DNA of 64,000 bases from the human T2T-CHM13v2.0 reference genome, Homo sapiens (GCF_009914755.1 NC_060926.1); one strand, 5' to 3'; positions 29,780 to 47,917 are shown, numbered from the stretch's first letter. Made by a program: numbers and translations. Notes: generated by a model from the sequence alone, not told the origin.

Positions 29780-30520
29780 CAGTGGGGTATTGATGAATGT
29801 TTAGCAACCTGTTCTTCAGGAAAAAATGCAGGCATGTATGTACATGTACAAAAGTTTATTATAAATTTTACTGACATAGATTATGTATAGTGCATAATTT
29901 CCAAATAACAAAATGTATATTGCTTTTTATGGTAAATTCTATATAGCTGATTGATGTTCACAGAATGCTTTCATTGATTTTTGCTGGTCTTGTATTCATA
30001 GCTAACCTATGTTTGTGATTGACAGCAAGTACAATTACAATATAAATGTTGATTCATCTACACTAATAAGATGAAAGTGAAAATAGGATGATGTGTGTTG
30101 ACTTTACTCGTTCATCAATGATGTTTGTTTTTTTCTGAGTCAAATAATAGTTTAGACATGCTTTTTTGTGCTATTCATAACTGCTATAGACATAACATAC
30201 CTTGAAGTTTAATCTATTTTATTAACATTTTTGCTATCATTTTCTTAAGCTTAGACAATCCACAAAACAATTAGATCCTAATTTGTAGCATTTGCCTATT
30301 TTTGTGATGTAAATACTTCCACCATGGCTAATGTCAAGCTATTAATGTGGTGTTACTGAATGTGGACTTGGGAAGAGATGCAACATAGCCCACCATTAAA
30401 AAGCATCTCCACCAAACAGACACAATAGATGTAAATAGCTTCAAGAGTACAGATAATGGAGTAAAAGAATTAGGAAGTGATGAATCTTAAGTTTTTATTA
30501 CTGTAGTTTTAATATAATTT
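29780..30520. mobile_element. MER63-like hAT DNA transposon, one end missing
   Basis: cagtggggtattgatgaatgtttagcaacc terminus; caagctattaatgtggtgttactgaatgtggacttgggaagagatgc internal motif. Confidence 0.65.
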
Positions 30521-30542
30521 ATGAATTTTATTTATTTATTGT

Positions 30543-30650
30543 AAGACTAGTCAAATGCAGTATGAGAAGGGGAGAAAGAGTAGAAAAAGGAGCTTAATCT
30601 GTAACTGAAAGCGAACAATCAATTGAGATAACTCACTACCTTCGGCCAGC
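30543..30650 (-). pseudogene. Y1 RNA (RNY1-derived) processed pseudogene
   Basis: Minus strand GCTGGCCGAAGGTAGTGAGTTATCTCAATTGATTGTTC...CAGTTACAGAT...TTGACTAGTCTT followed by a (TAAA)n tail. Confidence 0.93.
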
Positions 30651-30939
30651 TGACTTCAAAAAGAAGTAAGCATTTATGCAGTGGCTCCTCCTAGGGTATT
30701 AGCTCTTCCATGCTCTGAGTTGCATGTGTGCAAGTGGATTTCCTCTGGGATAGGAGCCTGGGAACTGGAGGCTTGAGGTGAAGTCAGATTGCACTTGTGG
30801 GAAACTGGTGGAAGCTGGCAGTAGATCTGGTTGCCATAGCATCCCTGGAATTGGAAAAGAGGCCAAAGGGATTTGAAGTGGCAGGCAGGAATCTGATAAA
30901 GCCCTCTTGGACTGTCCACAGCACCCAGTTATGTTTTCC

Positions 30940-31115
30940 CACAACATTTATCACAGTTTGTAATTATGTATTTATTTATATCAGTATTTTATTTATATAC
31001 CCACTCCTCTATTTGACTGCAAGTTCTATGCTGTCAGGACTGTGTGTCTTTGCCCCTTTCTGTTCCCAGGGCCTGGCACTTGCACCTTGCACATAATAGG
31101 TGACAACAGTCAATA
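30940..31115 (+). mobile_element. L2 3' end fragment
   Basis: gactgcaagttctatg...gcctggcacttgcaccttgcacataataggtg...caataa. Confidence 0.6.
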
Positions 31116-31954
31116 ACAACATGAGTGGGAGGTGACAGGCATTCTTCAATGCCTTCTAGCCTCCCCTCCCTCCCACAACTATGCTCCATCCTGATTAACA
31201 GCAGTAAAATAGAAAGTGTTCGCACATGGTCGACATTACTAACGCTGGGGGGAATAGGAAGATGCATCCACATCTTTTTTCTCTTCTCTGCCCATTTTCT
31301 GGGGGCTCCTCTCATTAATTGAAAAGTAATTAATCTTTCCTCCCCCAGTTCGCTCTTTGGCCAACTGTTCCACTTCCACAGCCTGTAACGTGCTCCTCCC
31401 AACAACAGTCGAATTACCTCCCGCCCAGAGGGACTGAAGTTCCCTTCTTTCCGTTTTCTTCTCTCTCCCACAAGATTCTGCTTGTGGAAATGAGCAGAGA
31501 TTCATTTCTCCACTGATGTGAATTATGACACCTCCACCAGAAGGAAAAAGCACTGATGGTTAATTTGGGTTTTAATTGTCTTTTCCCATTTTCATAAAAA
31601 ATGCCAAGTGTATGGGAGAGAACTTGACACATACCAGTTCTACCAATAAATACCAATTATGTTTCATTTTGCCAGTGTTTCTCAAACTTCAGCCACTCCT
31701 GTATAATTTTCACATATTTATATCCATTAGATCTATTATTTACCTCCGAGTTTTCTTTAAATCACCTTTATTTTTACCTAAATAGGTTTATTAAAACATT
31801 AAAATGTATATACCTACCACAAATAAAACTTTTTGAATCACCTGTCTAAATAGGGAATAATTGCAAAACATATATAACAAAACAATTTATTAATTAAATA
31901 CTAATTTGAGAAATACCTGATAAATGCCTATCTTAAGGGTGATTTCTGCTCTCA

Positions 31955-32230
<276 letters not shown>

Positions 32231-32859
32231 TCATACAGTTGTCCATGCTTTTCAAGGTTGTCTCTGTACTCCCCCAAGCTGTCTCGTGTGCATCTCCTAG
32301 AGTCTGGGAAGCACTGGCCTACATTCTTGCTGTCCACAGGGGTGGACATTTGGGAAGGCAGTGATCAGTTTGTACTCTGGTGCTCATTTGCAGGAGAGAA
32401 CTCCAACTTTAAATTTTAATCTTCTGCTCCCTTTAATGAACATATTATTTGATTATCTCAGTTTCAGTGTTGGAGAGGTCTTATGGTAAACCATAAAAAC
32501 TACTGGGAGAGAAGTAGGGGAGGCCCACATAAATTCAGGTTGCGTAAATTGAACAGATGCTCAACCTTCCCAGCTTCAGTTGTGTTGTCTATAAATCAGG
32601 TAGCATGATCAGTGGGAGAAAAAGAGGTGAAATCACAGATAGGGGATGAAGAAACTGGGCCTCACCTGTATTCTGCTTGATCTATATCAAAGCCTTTAAA
32701 ACAGCTGCATATAACCATGGCAAAGTGCCACACTGGGAACACCACCTATCTAGTTATTGTAGCAGAAAAACTTCAGGGAATGCTGAACCAAATTCTTCCT
32801 AAACTGTGACAGGCATACTTCTGCAAATTGATTTGAGGTGTTAGACATATGCAAACATT

Positions 32860-33172
32860 TTATTTAATTTATTGTTTTTATTTTTCAAGACAGGGTCTCG
32901 CTTTGTCACCTAGGCTGGAGTGCAGTGGTGTGATGTAATCACGGCTCACTGCATCCTCAACCTCCTAGGCTCAAGTGATCCTCCCACCACATTTCCCCAA
33001 GCAGCTGGAACCACAGGCACATGCCAGCACTCCAGCTAATTTTTTTACTTTTTGTAGAGAGGGGGATTTGCCATGTTGGCCAGGCTGGTCTTGAACTCCT
33101 GAGCTCCAGTGATCCTTCTGCCTCAGCTTCCCAAAGTGCTTGGATTATAGGCATGAGCCACCGCACCTGGCC
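32860..33172 (-). mobile_element. AluJ SINE
   Basis: Full Alu. Confidence 0.9.
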
Positions 33173-33765
33173 TCAGACATTTCAAACTGTAATACTTCCG
33201 CATCTATGTTTACGATTGCCTTCTTAGTTATGGAATAGACAAAGTTTCTTTTTTAAATAAATGTATTTAAGTAAAAAAGGTGGATTAGTTTGAAAAAAAA
33301 AAACACTGAAATTATGAAGTAGGTATGACATATGTATATCACTGAATCTGTCAGGTAGAACCCAACTGGCTGAAACTTAGGGAATATCAACTTGATCTTT
33401 AAGATTCTTTTGCTCAAAGTAGTAAAATTTTGTGCCATGTTTTCTCTAAAAGCATTATAAGGAGTAAGAGGCTCATCTATTTTCTAGGGATGCTGTGAAA
33501 AATAATAAATAAGAATAGCAGGGGAGGGCAGGGAGTATTTTCTGTACTTTCTAATCAATTTGGCTATGAACTTAAAACTGCTCTAAAGTCTATTCAAAAA
33601 CCAACAAAAAACAAAAATAAAGTAAAAAATGGTAAAGTATTTCATGGTACAGGCACAGAAAACTTACAGTACTCTCTATTGCAAAGTTATATGAATGGTG
33701 ACAAGTTGTGTGTTTTGACCTCTAAACATGTGATCTTAATGTCTCGCCTTTTATTATACAATTGA

Positions 33766-34130
<365 letters not shown>

Positions 34131-34192
34131 AGTATTACACTATTGTCTTGTGTACTTTATACATTTATCCCTGTCAATGTGGCCTATATTAG

Positions 34193-34527
<335 letters not shown>

Positions 34528-34780
34528 AAATTGCTCTTTTCTGTAGCTGAACAAAATGTTCTGGTGTAAAAATGATGGTAGTAACATTGTATTTTTGAGG
34601 AATGTGAACCAAGATCATAAATATATAAATTTGTTACCTATGGGAATTTTATCTAGAAGCTGCAACGGTGGTATATTATAAAGTCATAAAAGGCAATAAT
34701 TCAACATATTTTTTCTGAGCCCCAATACAGTTTTAGCCTTTACTCGTGTACAGAACTGACTTCATGGGCCCTGTACTTAG

Positions 34781-35193
<413 letters not shown>

Positions 35194-35194
35194 T

Positions 35195-35964
35195 TCATTG
35201 TTTCTTGATGCCCCATTTGCATATGGTGTTTCCAATACCAGATGAACACAGAATTCTGGTGAACCTGCAGTGAGACTCAAAACAAGTGGATGCTAAGTGT
35301 TACATCGTAGCCCAAGTGGAGGTGCCGACAGGCCTCAAGAGGCTAGGCTTTCTACTTGAACCGGAACTTGTTTAGAATGCAGAAAGAAGGCAGTGGCATT
35401 CTAAGAAACATGAAGACCAAAGAACGTTTTATATCCTTTCAAACTCATATTACTACCCTGGATTAGCCAGCCATTTACATTGAAAAGGACAGAAGGAAAG
35501 GCAAGATAGGGCAACCCACAGTTTCTTTTACTTTTTGATCTTCCTTTCTCATCAGTAAGCCAAAGATAGAGTGTTGGTAGAAGGTACTCATATCAAGAAG
35601 TGAAATAAAAAGATTGAGTTAGTTTTGTGCAGCATTTCCATTGTTCTGGTAAGAACAAAATACATATGTGTGTACAAGCTACAAAATAAAAATTGTGTCA
35701 TTTCTGATTCCACACACAAGTTAATGCTTTTATGTTTGCAATGAAAACTGGCATTGAAAAATGTAAAAATGAACAGTAAGATTCATGCTAACAATTAAAA
35801 AAGAATTTTACTTAGAACAACAATAAATTGCAAATAAAAACCATCACAGGTCAAAAGAGAGATCACAGAAGAAAGGGAAAATCCTTTAAATTTTAATGCC
35901 TTTTACACCATTTTATTCCCTGCTTTTTGAACAAAGCATTCCACAAATTATGTAGCCTGCCCTG
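35195..35964. mobile_element. Zaphod-like hAT-Tip100 DNA transposon relic
   Basis: Terminus ccacaaattatgtagcctgccctg. Confidence 0.55.
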
Positions 35965-36004
35965 TTTGCAGGAATGGTCTATAAATGTTGGCGGGATGGG
36001 GAGG

Positions 36005-36357
<353 letters not shown>

Positions 36358-36672
36358 TAAAGATACTTTTTGGTCCAAATATTCTCCAATTCCATGTACC
36401 TTACATAGGTCTCATGGATCCTTAAAAGATCGGCTAAGCCTGCTTTACTGAGTAAAATGTTAGAGGCCTTCTCTGAGCATCTCTGCCCCAAGGTAAAGTT
36501 TATCACTATCCCTCTGTGCTGCTGCTATACCCTCCACTCAGTTTTATTGTTGTGCTTAGCACATGTTATCGTTAATCTGTTTATAGATGTAGCTCCCCTT
36601 TTAGGCTGTGGGCATCACAAGACTGGCTCAGAGTAGATATTTAATAAATATTTGTTAATAAATCATTCAAAT

Positions 36673-36990
<318 letters not shown>

Positions 36991-37505
36991 GAACTGAAAA
37001 AAAATCAATAAATAAGTTATTCAAATTACTTTTAAATTCCTTGTGAATAGAAAAGATTCATAAATGTCCAAGAATAGATTAATTTTCCCCTAAATTATCT
37101 GTCCATTTCCTTTGGAAGACCTCTGCACCGGCACAATACCAAAGGTAGTGTTGGAGTTGGGATTTGGGTTCTTAATGTCTCTGAACCCTGGGTTCTTCTC
37201 ACTCTATGGCACTGCTTGCAATCAGAGAAGAGCCAAGTGGAAAAGCAAGAGCTTGTGCATCGTGATTATACCCATGTGTGAGAGTTTTAGTTATGCCTCA
37301 GGGGCCTAAAGGTAGAGTGATTCCAGTGACCAGCAGCTTCATCTGCCTTCCAGATTGCACTGTATATAAAACAGAGGGTCATTTGTCACTTAGTGACCCT
37401 TAAGCCCCATGCAACATTGAGTTGAGAGCCAAACCTACTTCAACTAAATGCCCTACATTTGGAGATACTCATTGATTAAAGTTTCGTTAGCTGCAACAAA
37501 CTTAG

Positions 37506-38015
<510 letters not shown>

Positions 38016-38050
38016 TAGAAATTTCTTGAATGTATTATCACCAAATAGAT

Positions 38051-38393
38051 CAGGGGTCCCCAACCCCAGGGCCTTGGACTGGCATCAGTCCATGGCCTGT
38101 TAGGAACCAGGTGGCACAAAGGGAGGTGAGGGGTAAGCTAGTATTACCACCCGAGCTCTGCCTCTTGTCAGATCAGTGGCAGTGTTAGATTCTCACAGGA
38201 TCACACACCCTATTGTGAACTGCCATGCGAGGGATCTAGGTTGTGCACCCCTTATGAGAATCTAATGCCTGATGATCTGAGGTGGAACAGTTTTATTCCA
38301 AAACCATCTCCTCACCCCCACCCCACCACCATCCATGGAAAAATTGTCTTCCATGAAACCAGTCACTGGTGCCAAAAAGGTTGGGGACCGCTG
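38051..38393. mobile_element. MER1B hAT-Charlie MITE
   Basis: TIRs caggggtccccaacc / ggttggggaccgctg; 8-bp TSD aaatagat / atacagat. Confidence 0.9.
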
Positions 38394-38604
38394 ATACAGA
38401 TGATATGCTTTCCAGATGGCCTAAACCCATAGTGGCAAGGATAAAAGCTGAATGAGCTCTCAATGAGAATGAGAGGAAAGGGATGGGATTAGGAAAACCA
38501 TCAAGTCCACATCTAAGAGAAAATAAAGTTATGATCCAAGTCAGTCAGTCGAAAAACCAAGTCATTCAGCCTAAATCATTTTTGACTTGACACAGAAATA
38601 ATTG

Positions 38605-38862
38605 GACTAGGCGGGGTGGTTCATGCCTGTAATCCCAGAACTTTGGGAGGCTGAGGTGGGTGGATCACTTGAGTCCAAGAATTCAAAACCAGTGTGAGCA
38701 ACATGGCAAAACCTCATCTCTACAAAAAATACAAAAATTAGCCAGGTGTGGTGGTGCACACCTGTAGTCCCAGCTACTTGGGAATGAGCTGAGATCATGC
38801 CATTGCCACTGCACTCCAGCCTGGGTGACAAAGCAAAATTCTGTCTAAACAACAACAAAACA
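38605..38862 (+). mobile_element. Alu with right-arm deletion
   Basis: gctacttggga joins directly to tgagctgagatc. Confidence 0.87.
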
Positions 38863-39533
38863 AATTCCCCCATCTATGTGTGGTAGAAATGGGTAAATCC
38901 TAACACTTTGCAGGGAACTCTGATTCCTATGTGTACCTATTTTAATGAGATACAAATCATAACCCCTTCTTGGAATTCTGTAACCCCTGGAATACAGGGA
39001 CTCATCCATCTCTCCCTCTCACTTTTTCTTGTTCCCTTATGCCTCATTGTTGAATTTGCCCCCTTAGCTTAAATATATTTAGATAGAAGCAATAACTGGG
39101 CTTATTGTTGTGAAGTAATTGTATATATTCCTTTAATAATAAAATATCTAGTTTTGACCATTATAAAAAGGAATATCATGGTCTTGATAAATAATAAAAC
39201 ACCCATCTAATCAACAGTAAATTTTATTCTCAGTGCTTCTTTTAAGGCAAGAGCTTTGGGTGTACTAACAGGCTCAAGTCAAGTAAAGCCAAGGAAGTTC
39301 CATCATTGTAGCAGATAATTATCCCCCTGGCAAAATCCCAGGTCTCACACCAGTGTTGACTTGGCAAATTAGCCTGGATGTTTCAAGTGCTTATTAATTG
39401 TATGTCTTTTTAAAAATTGCTTGCTTAGTGCATTTTAGCTGATAACTTGCAGGCATAGGTTTAAGGGCACAGCAAGAGAAATGGTGGCCATTAATAATGG
39501 TAACACTTGGATCATCTTAACACATAAGGGGAC

Positions 39534-39608
39534 TGTGTGTGTATGTGTGTGTGTGTGTGAGAGAGTTAGAGAGAGAGAGAGAGAGAGAGAGAGTGAGAGA
39601 GAGAGAGA
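39534..39608. repeat. Compound (TG)n(AG)n microsatellite
   Basis: Seen directly. Confidence 0.95.
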
Positions 39609-40418
39609 AACATGCCACCACGCCAACATTCCATTGTTCATGAATGGACCAGTGCCTTCACAGCAGCTGTGAGCAAGGTGAAAGAACACCAGACTTGCTC
39701 TAAGAAGACCTGGGTTCTCGTTCTACCACTGCCACAAGATGTTGGTGACCCTGTCAAGCCCTGGGACTTCTCTGAGACTCTGTTTGATGTAACGAAGAGC
39801 TTGAATAAAATGGTGTTGGAGTTTCTGCCAGCATACAATATTCTAGTATATAATTCCAAGATTATTAAAGAGGCTCATTGTTTCTTTCTATCTTTCTCTA
39901 GCTCATCCCACTCCAGTAGAAGGTTTGCATTTCCCTAAGAGAGCTCCCTTCATCATTATGCTCCTGCCTATCCTTGCTCCTGCACACCAAATTGGCTCTT
40001 CTAATTTCTTATATATACAGATTATATCATAATCTGGTTTATTTCTGAGCCAAGAAGCAAGTTGCAAAAACCCCTCATCTCCAGTTCAGTCAGACTTGAG
40101 GAATTATGATACACTCCCTAAGAGCCAGGATGTGGTGCCCTGTGCCAAGCACTGGATGCTTTGCTATGCTCCAAGTTGCAGGTCCCTCCATATTCTCATG
40201 CTCTGATAACTGGCTTTTAAGTTTCTTCTCCTGACTCCTCCTCTCTACCCTAGGCCAAATCACTGGGCTTCAGGCTTCTCCCTATATATTGTTCCACTTT
40301 CTTATTATTAAAGTTCTACATGATCATGAAAGGAGATTTGAAAATTAAGAAACAGAGAAGAAACAATATATAATAATTCCACTACCCAGACAACCACCTT
40401 AAACTTTTTGGGTACATC

Positions 40419-41531
<1,113 letters not shown>

Positions 41532-42217
41532 AATAATCCTTTAGCCTTTTTATATATAACAAAATCAACATTATACTGTATCTACTATTCTTTTTTTATT
41601 CCACAGCCAGTGACTGATGAATCTATATACTATTCTATAGCCAGCTCTTTTTCACATGACATTTTCTCAAGTATTTAATACTATTTTCCTCCTTATTTTA
41701 AGTTCCACTAGTGTGAGGATTTATATCTGTTTTGTTCAATGCTGTATTCCTGGCACATAGAACACTGCTGCAAACAGTGTTCAATAAATAAACAGACTCA
41801 ATAAATATTTCTTAAATGAATGATTAGAGGACATATTTTTTTGATGGCTAAATAGTGTAATATAGAGATACTATCTATGCCCCATTCTAAGTTCTTGTTT
41901 CTGTAAGTTTGGCATCTCAGCTTCCCACTAGGACTGGAACTCAAGTGAGCTCTTCTACTACCCAAGAACTGAACCTCTGCTCCTAAATCCCAGCTAGGAG
42001 ATAGGGCTTTGCAAAGCAGTCTTCAAAATTTAGTTCAAATAGCATCTCCTGTGAGGCATGCTTGTCCCTCATGAGGGTTTGCATATTGTGTTAGACGTCT
42101 ATCATGGCATATGTCAAGTCAGAGCATGTAATTTACAATCTGTGTCTTCTGTTGTCTTGTGAACTTCTAAGGATAAGAGTTGAGCTCCCAGAGTGCCTGG
42201 AACTTAGTGAACATTCA

Positions 42218-42709
<492 letters not shown>

Positions 42710-42956
42710 TCATAATTAGGAAAAATCACCAAGGAAAAATTTCTTACATGGCTTTAATTCTATTTGGATCTTTTTAGAGGCATGAGGAAATGAAGAAAGT
42801 AGGAAAATGGGAAACAGAAATGGGACATAGAGAGAAATAGCACTCTAGTGTACAGTTTGTGATGGTCCATTATCTACCACAGAGATAAGGGAAGCAATAT
42901 CAGGTTTACAAGTTGGTTTAAACTAATTAAAACATATAGATTAAAGCATGAACTTA

Positions 42957-43012
42957 TGGAGTCTCTGAATCCGCTGTGATTCAGGGGGCTGCCTGATAAA
43001 AAATTTAACAAG
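42957..43012 (+). mobile_element. Short A-tailed retrocopy of an ERV1 (MER57-like) LTR hairpin
   Basis: TGGAGTCTCTGAATCCGCTGTGATTCAGGGGGCTGCCTGAT plus A-rich tail; perfect 14-bp TSD aaagcatgaactta at 42943-42956 and 43013-43026 after TT. Confidence 0.72.
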
Positions 43013-43407
43013 AAAGCATGAACTTAGACTAATGTCAAATAAAGAAGGAATATTAGGTCTGCCAAAGATTCTAGCTCAATTTATGTTAAAACTTGTGTTA
43101 TTCACACATTCACATGTGAAATTCCAACACATTACTCTGATCGCTGTAATAAACCTATATGATTGGTTTAGACAAGCAGTCAGGCCTTGTTATATAATAA
43201 GAGTGTATGCATAAATTTTCATTAATTAGTATGATGCTGTTCTTTCCTTTTAAAGGATGTTGGCTTAAGTTCTAACTTCAACCAAACATAATCCACATAC
43301 ATGAACATTTTAATCTAATCATCATACATATTTCTATTTCCAGCAACATTGCTGGTCATTCCATAACTACCAGAGGGCAGGAATAACATCTATTTTAACT
43401 CTCTCTC

Positions 43408-43693
<286 letters not shown>

Positions 43694-44364
43694 CATTTTA
43701 ACTCTCTCAGACTTATGAAAAGTCAGCTCTGTCAAGCCTTTGTTTCCAGCCAGGTGTTTTAACTGTTCTAGAACAGTTTAGGGGAGCTGCTCTACTCATC
43801 CCTCACCCTAGATTCAGGCAAGCAGCTCTGATGGTATCTGATTTGTTTAAACTTCCTTGTAAGATTTCATTCAACAAAGATAAAAACAGGTTTTTATGTC
43901 CCAGTGCTATTAAGAGCAAGGCCTTCCAATCCCCACCCCTCCTATTCTCACCTATGGTTGTGGTCCCATAACTGCAGACTGAACCTGAAACCCTGACTGT
44001 CCACAAAAATGAAGCAGAGAGAGGCTGGGTCAGAGCAGGTGGCAGGGAGGCCAGGATAGCACCCCTTGGCTGTCCATTCAGTACTAAGAATTGGAAATCA
44101 CCGAGAAGCATTTGTACGGCAGACACAGGCTGTTAGTTTCCTCTAAAATATCCAGTGAAACAACAGGGATTACAACAGCATTGTCAGGTAGCATATTTAT
44201 ATCCCAAAAAAGTCTGAGTTACAAAATAACAACAAGGAGGAAATGCCTCTTCTTCCTTGCTAACAAAATTCCAAGTTAGTTCAGGGCTTCAGTGATCCCA
44301 AACCTAGGCCAAATAATGATGATTGGTCAATGTCAATCATGATCATTCTTTCTCAGCCTTTTAA

Positions 44365-46830
44365 AAAATAGATTTTACTTTTTAGAGTAGTTTTAGGTTC
44401 ACAGCAAAACTGAGCAAAGGTAGAGAGCATTCTTATACACTCCTTCTCCTCAAACATATCACATCCCACACCACAGCGGTACATTTGTTCCAACTGATGA
44501 ACCTACATTAACACATCCTTATCACCCACAGTCCATAGTTTACATTAATGTTCACTCTTGGTGTTATAAATTCTATAGGTTTTGACAAATGTACAATGTC
44601 ATGTATCCACCATTGCAGTATCATACAGAGTATTTCACTGTCCTAAGAATTCTGTGTCCTGCTTATTTAACCCTCCCTCCTCACAACCCCTGACAATCAC
44701 TAATCTTTTTACTATTTCCATGATTTTGCCTTTTCCAGAATGTTATATAGTTGGTAACGAACAGGATGTAGACTTTTTAGAATGGTTTCTTTCACTTAGT
44801 AATATCTGTTTAAGTTTCTCCCATGTCTTTTCCTGGCTTAAGAGTTCATTTATTGTGGCACTGAATAATAAATATTTCATTGTCTGGATGTACCACAGTT
44901 TATTTATTTATCCATTTACCTACTAAAGGACATCTTAATTGCTTCCAAGTTTTGGCAGTTATGAATAAAGCTGCTATACACATTTGCATGCAGGTGTTTG
45001 TGTAGACAAAAGATTTCAGTTCATTTGAATAAATACCAAGGAGTGTGACCGCTGAATTGGATGACTCAGCTTTTAAGAAATTGCCAAACTGTCTTCCAAA
45101 GTGACTGTACCATTTTGCATTCCCATCAGCTGTGAATGAGAGTTCCCATTGTTCCATATCCTTGCTGGCATTTGGTATTGTTAGTGTTTGGTGTTTTGAT
45201 TGTTTAAATAGAAGTGTAGGGACATCTTATTGTTCTAATTGGCATATCCCTAATGATATATGATGTTGTTTATCTTTTCATATGCTTACTTGCCATCTGT
45301 ATACCTTCTTTGGTGAGGTGTCTATTCAAGTATTTTGCCCAGTTTAAAAATCAAATTGTTCATTTTCTTATTGTTGAGTTTTACAAGTTTTTTGTATATC
45401 TTGGATAACATATACAAGTTATGTTCTTCCTTTATCAGATACATCTTTTGCAAATATTTTCTCCCAGTCTGTGGCTTCTCTTCTTATTCTCTTTGCTTTC
45501 ACAAAGCAGAAGTTTTTAATTTGAACGAAGTTCAGCTTATCAATTATTTCTTTCATGGATCATGTCGTTAGTGTTGCATCTAAAAAGTCACCGCCATACC
45601 CAAGGTCATCTATATTTTTTCCTATGTTATCTTCTAGGAGCTTGAAACTTTTGTGTTTCACATCTAAGTATGGTGCCAATTTTGAGTTAACTGTTGTAAA
45701 GGGTATAAGGTCTGTGTCTATATTTATCTATTGCATACAGATGTCCAGTTGTTCCAGCACTATTTGTTGAAAAGACTACCTGTTCTTTATTGTATTGCCT
45801 TTCCTTCTTTGTCAAAAATCAGTTGACTATATTTACATGGGACTATTTATGGGCTCTCAATTCTGTTCCATGATCTATTTGTCTGTTCTTTCACTAATAT
45901 CACACTGTCTTGATTGTTATAGCTGTATAGTAAGTATTGAAATTGGGTAATGTCAGTCCACTGACTGTTCTTCTCCTTTAATACTGTGTTGGCTATTCTG
46001 GGTCTTTTGCCTCTCTGTATGAACTTTGTAATCAGTTTATCAATAGTCGTAAAATAATTTGTTGGGATTTTGATTAGGAATGCATGGAACCTATAAATCA
46101 AGTTGGAAAGAACTGACATCTGTTGAGTCTTTCTATCCATGAAAATGGAATATCTCTCTATTTAGATCTTCTTTGATCTGTTTCATCAGAGTTTTGTAAT
46201 TTTCCTCATAATACTGTACACATTTTGTTAGATTTATACCTAGGTACTTAATTTTTTGTGGTGCTAATGTAAATAATATTGTGTTTTTAACTTCAAATTC
46301 TACTTGTTCATTACTATTGAGTTACTTGTTCATATCCTATATTCATTTCATGTATAGGAAAACAATTGACTTTTGCATATAAACTTTGTATCCTGTAACC
46401 TTGATATAATTACTTATTAGTTCCAGGAGTATTTTTGTCAATTCTCTCAGATTTTCCACAGATGGTGATATCACCTGCAAACGAAGACTGTGTTATTTTT
46501 TGCCAGTATGTATACCTTTTATTGCCCCTTCTTGTCTTACTGCATTAGGTAGGACTTCCAGTGTTGAAAAGGAGTGGCGAAAACATATATCTTTGTCTCG
46601 TTCCTGATCTTATCAGGAAACCTTCTAATATCTCACTATTAAGAACGATGTTAGCTGTAGGGTTTTTGTAGATAATGTTCTTTGTCCAGTTGGGAAGTTT
46701 TCCTTGATTCTTAGTTTGCTGAGAGTTTTTATCATGAGTGGGTGTTAGATTTTGTCAAACGTTTTACATCATTGTGATTTTTCTTCTTTAGCCTGTTGAT
46801 ATGATGGATTACATTAATTGATTTTCACAT
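44365..46830 (-). mobile_element. L1MC-like LINE 3' portion
   Basis: 3'UTR ttttagagtagttttaggttcacagcaaaa; ORF2 remnant LIYRFHAFLIKIP...RPRIANTVL. Confidence 0.85.
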
Positions 46831-46839
46831 GCTTTCTCT

Positions 46840-47230
46840 GCATTTTTAATGGCTGGGTGTGGGCCTTGTGACCCAGTCTATTCAACAAGGTCTTAAATAA
46901 AGTCCGCTGGGTATGTGTAAGTGGATATGTTCTGGGAAAGATTTCACTTTCTTGATAAACAGGAGGGAATACAACTAGCACTTGGCCTCTCTCTTTAATT
47001 TGGTCTTGAATGTGGATACAATCGCTGGAGATACAGCAGCTATCTTGCCATTATGAGGGAGGAAAAGGCTAGAAGAATTGCAGAGACATTAGCTGTAAAA
47101 TCACTGCGGTGTTGTTAGCAAATATCTACCTCTAGACATCTTGCTGTATGAGAAAAATAAACCCCATTTTGTTTAAGCCACTGTAGTTGGGTTTTATGTT
47201 AAATGTAGCCACACTTGTTTTCAACAAATA
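46840..47230 (+). mobile_element. MLT1 LTR fragment
   Basis: cagcagctatcttgccattatgagg...aaataaaccccattttgtttaagccactgt. Confidence 0.65.
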
Positions 47231-47539
47231 CGTCTGTCATTTCCACAATAAGACACATGGAAGTCATCAAAGAAGAGCATGTTATTGCTTTGGTTCTGCA
47301 AGTGGTGCTCTCATGCCTAAGCTTAGGTAAGACTGACTAGGAAAGTGTAGTTGGCAGGGGCTGGAAGGGAGGGTTGTTGAGTGACACGAACAGAGCATCT
47401 GATTGCTAGGAAACCTCCCAGTAAGACCAGTTCCGAATAGGGAGATCAACACATGGCCAAGGGCAAGACCCACATCCCAGGGAGAAGGTGGAAAAGTATT
47501 CGAGAAATGGCAAAATATAGTGATGAAGCAACATAATGT

Positions 47540-47740
47540 AGTACAAAGTAGATGACTCTAGGGGCCAAAGAAATGGGAAACTGAGTCCTAATTCTGCCAC
47601 TTCTTCTTGGATGTATGACTTGGTGAAATTATTCCACTACTATTGGCCTCAGATATCTCTTCTATAATATGGGGAGAAAAATTGTCTGCCTCATAAAGTC
47701 AGTGTAAAAATTAAAAGCAATAATGTACTATATTTAAAGC
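47540..47740 (+). mobile_element. MIR
   Basis: ctgagtcctaattctgccactt...tgacttgg...gcctcag core. Confidence 0.6.
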
Positions 47741-47917
47741 CCACAGTCATACACCTTTGTTCCATTGCCCTTTTCACATACTCAAAGTCAAAGTAAGGTT
47801 AGCAAAGAGATCAAGGCAACATCTGTCAGAAAGACATAAATTGGAGTGAAGCTTAGGTGGTAGTGAGTTACACTGATAGAAGCTCTGTGAATTAGAGGTC
47901 TTTTAAAGTCAGCAATC

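Noticed and set aside
31034-31471. 145-aa minus-strand ORF over the CpG-retaining segment
   Set aside because: No recognisable domain and it runs into an L2 fragment; a regulatory reading is more plausible
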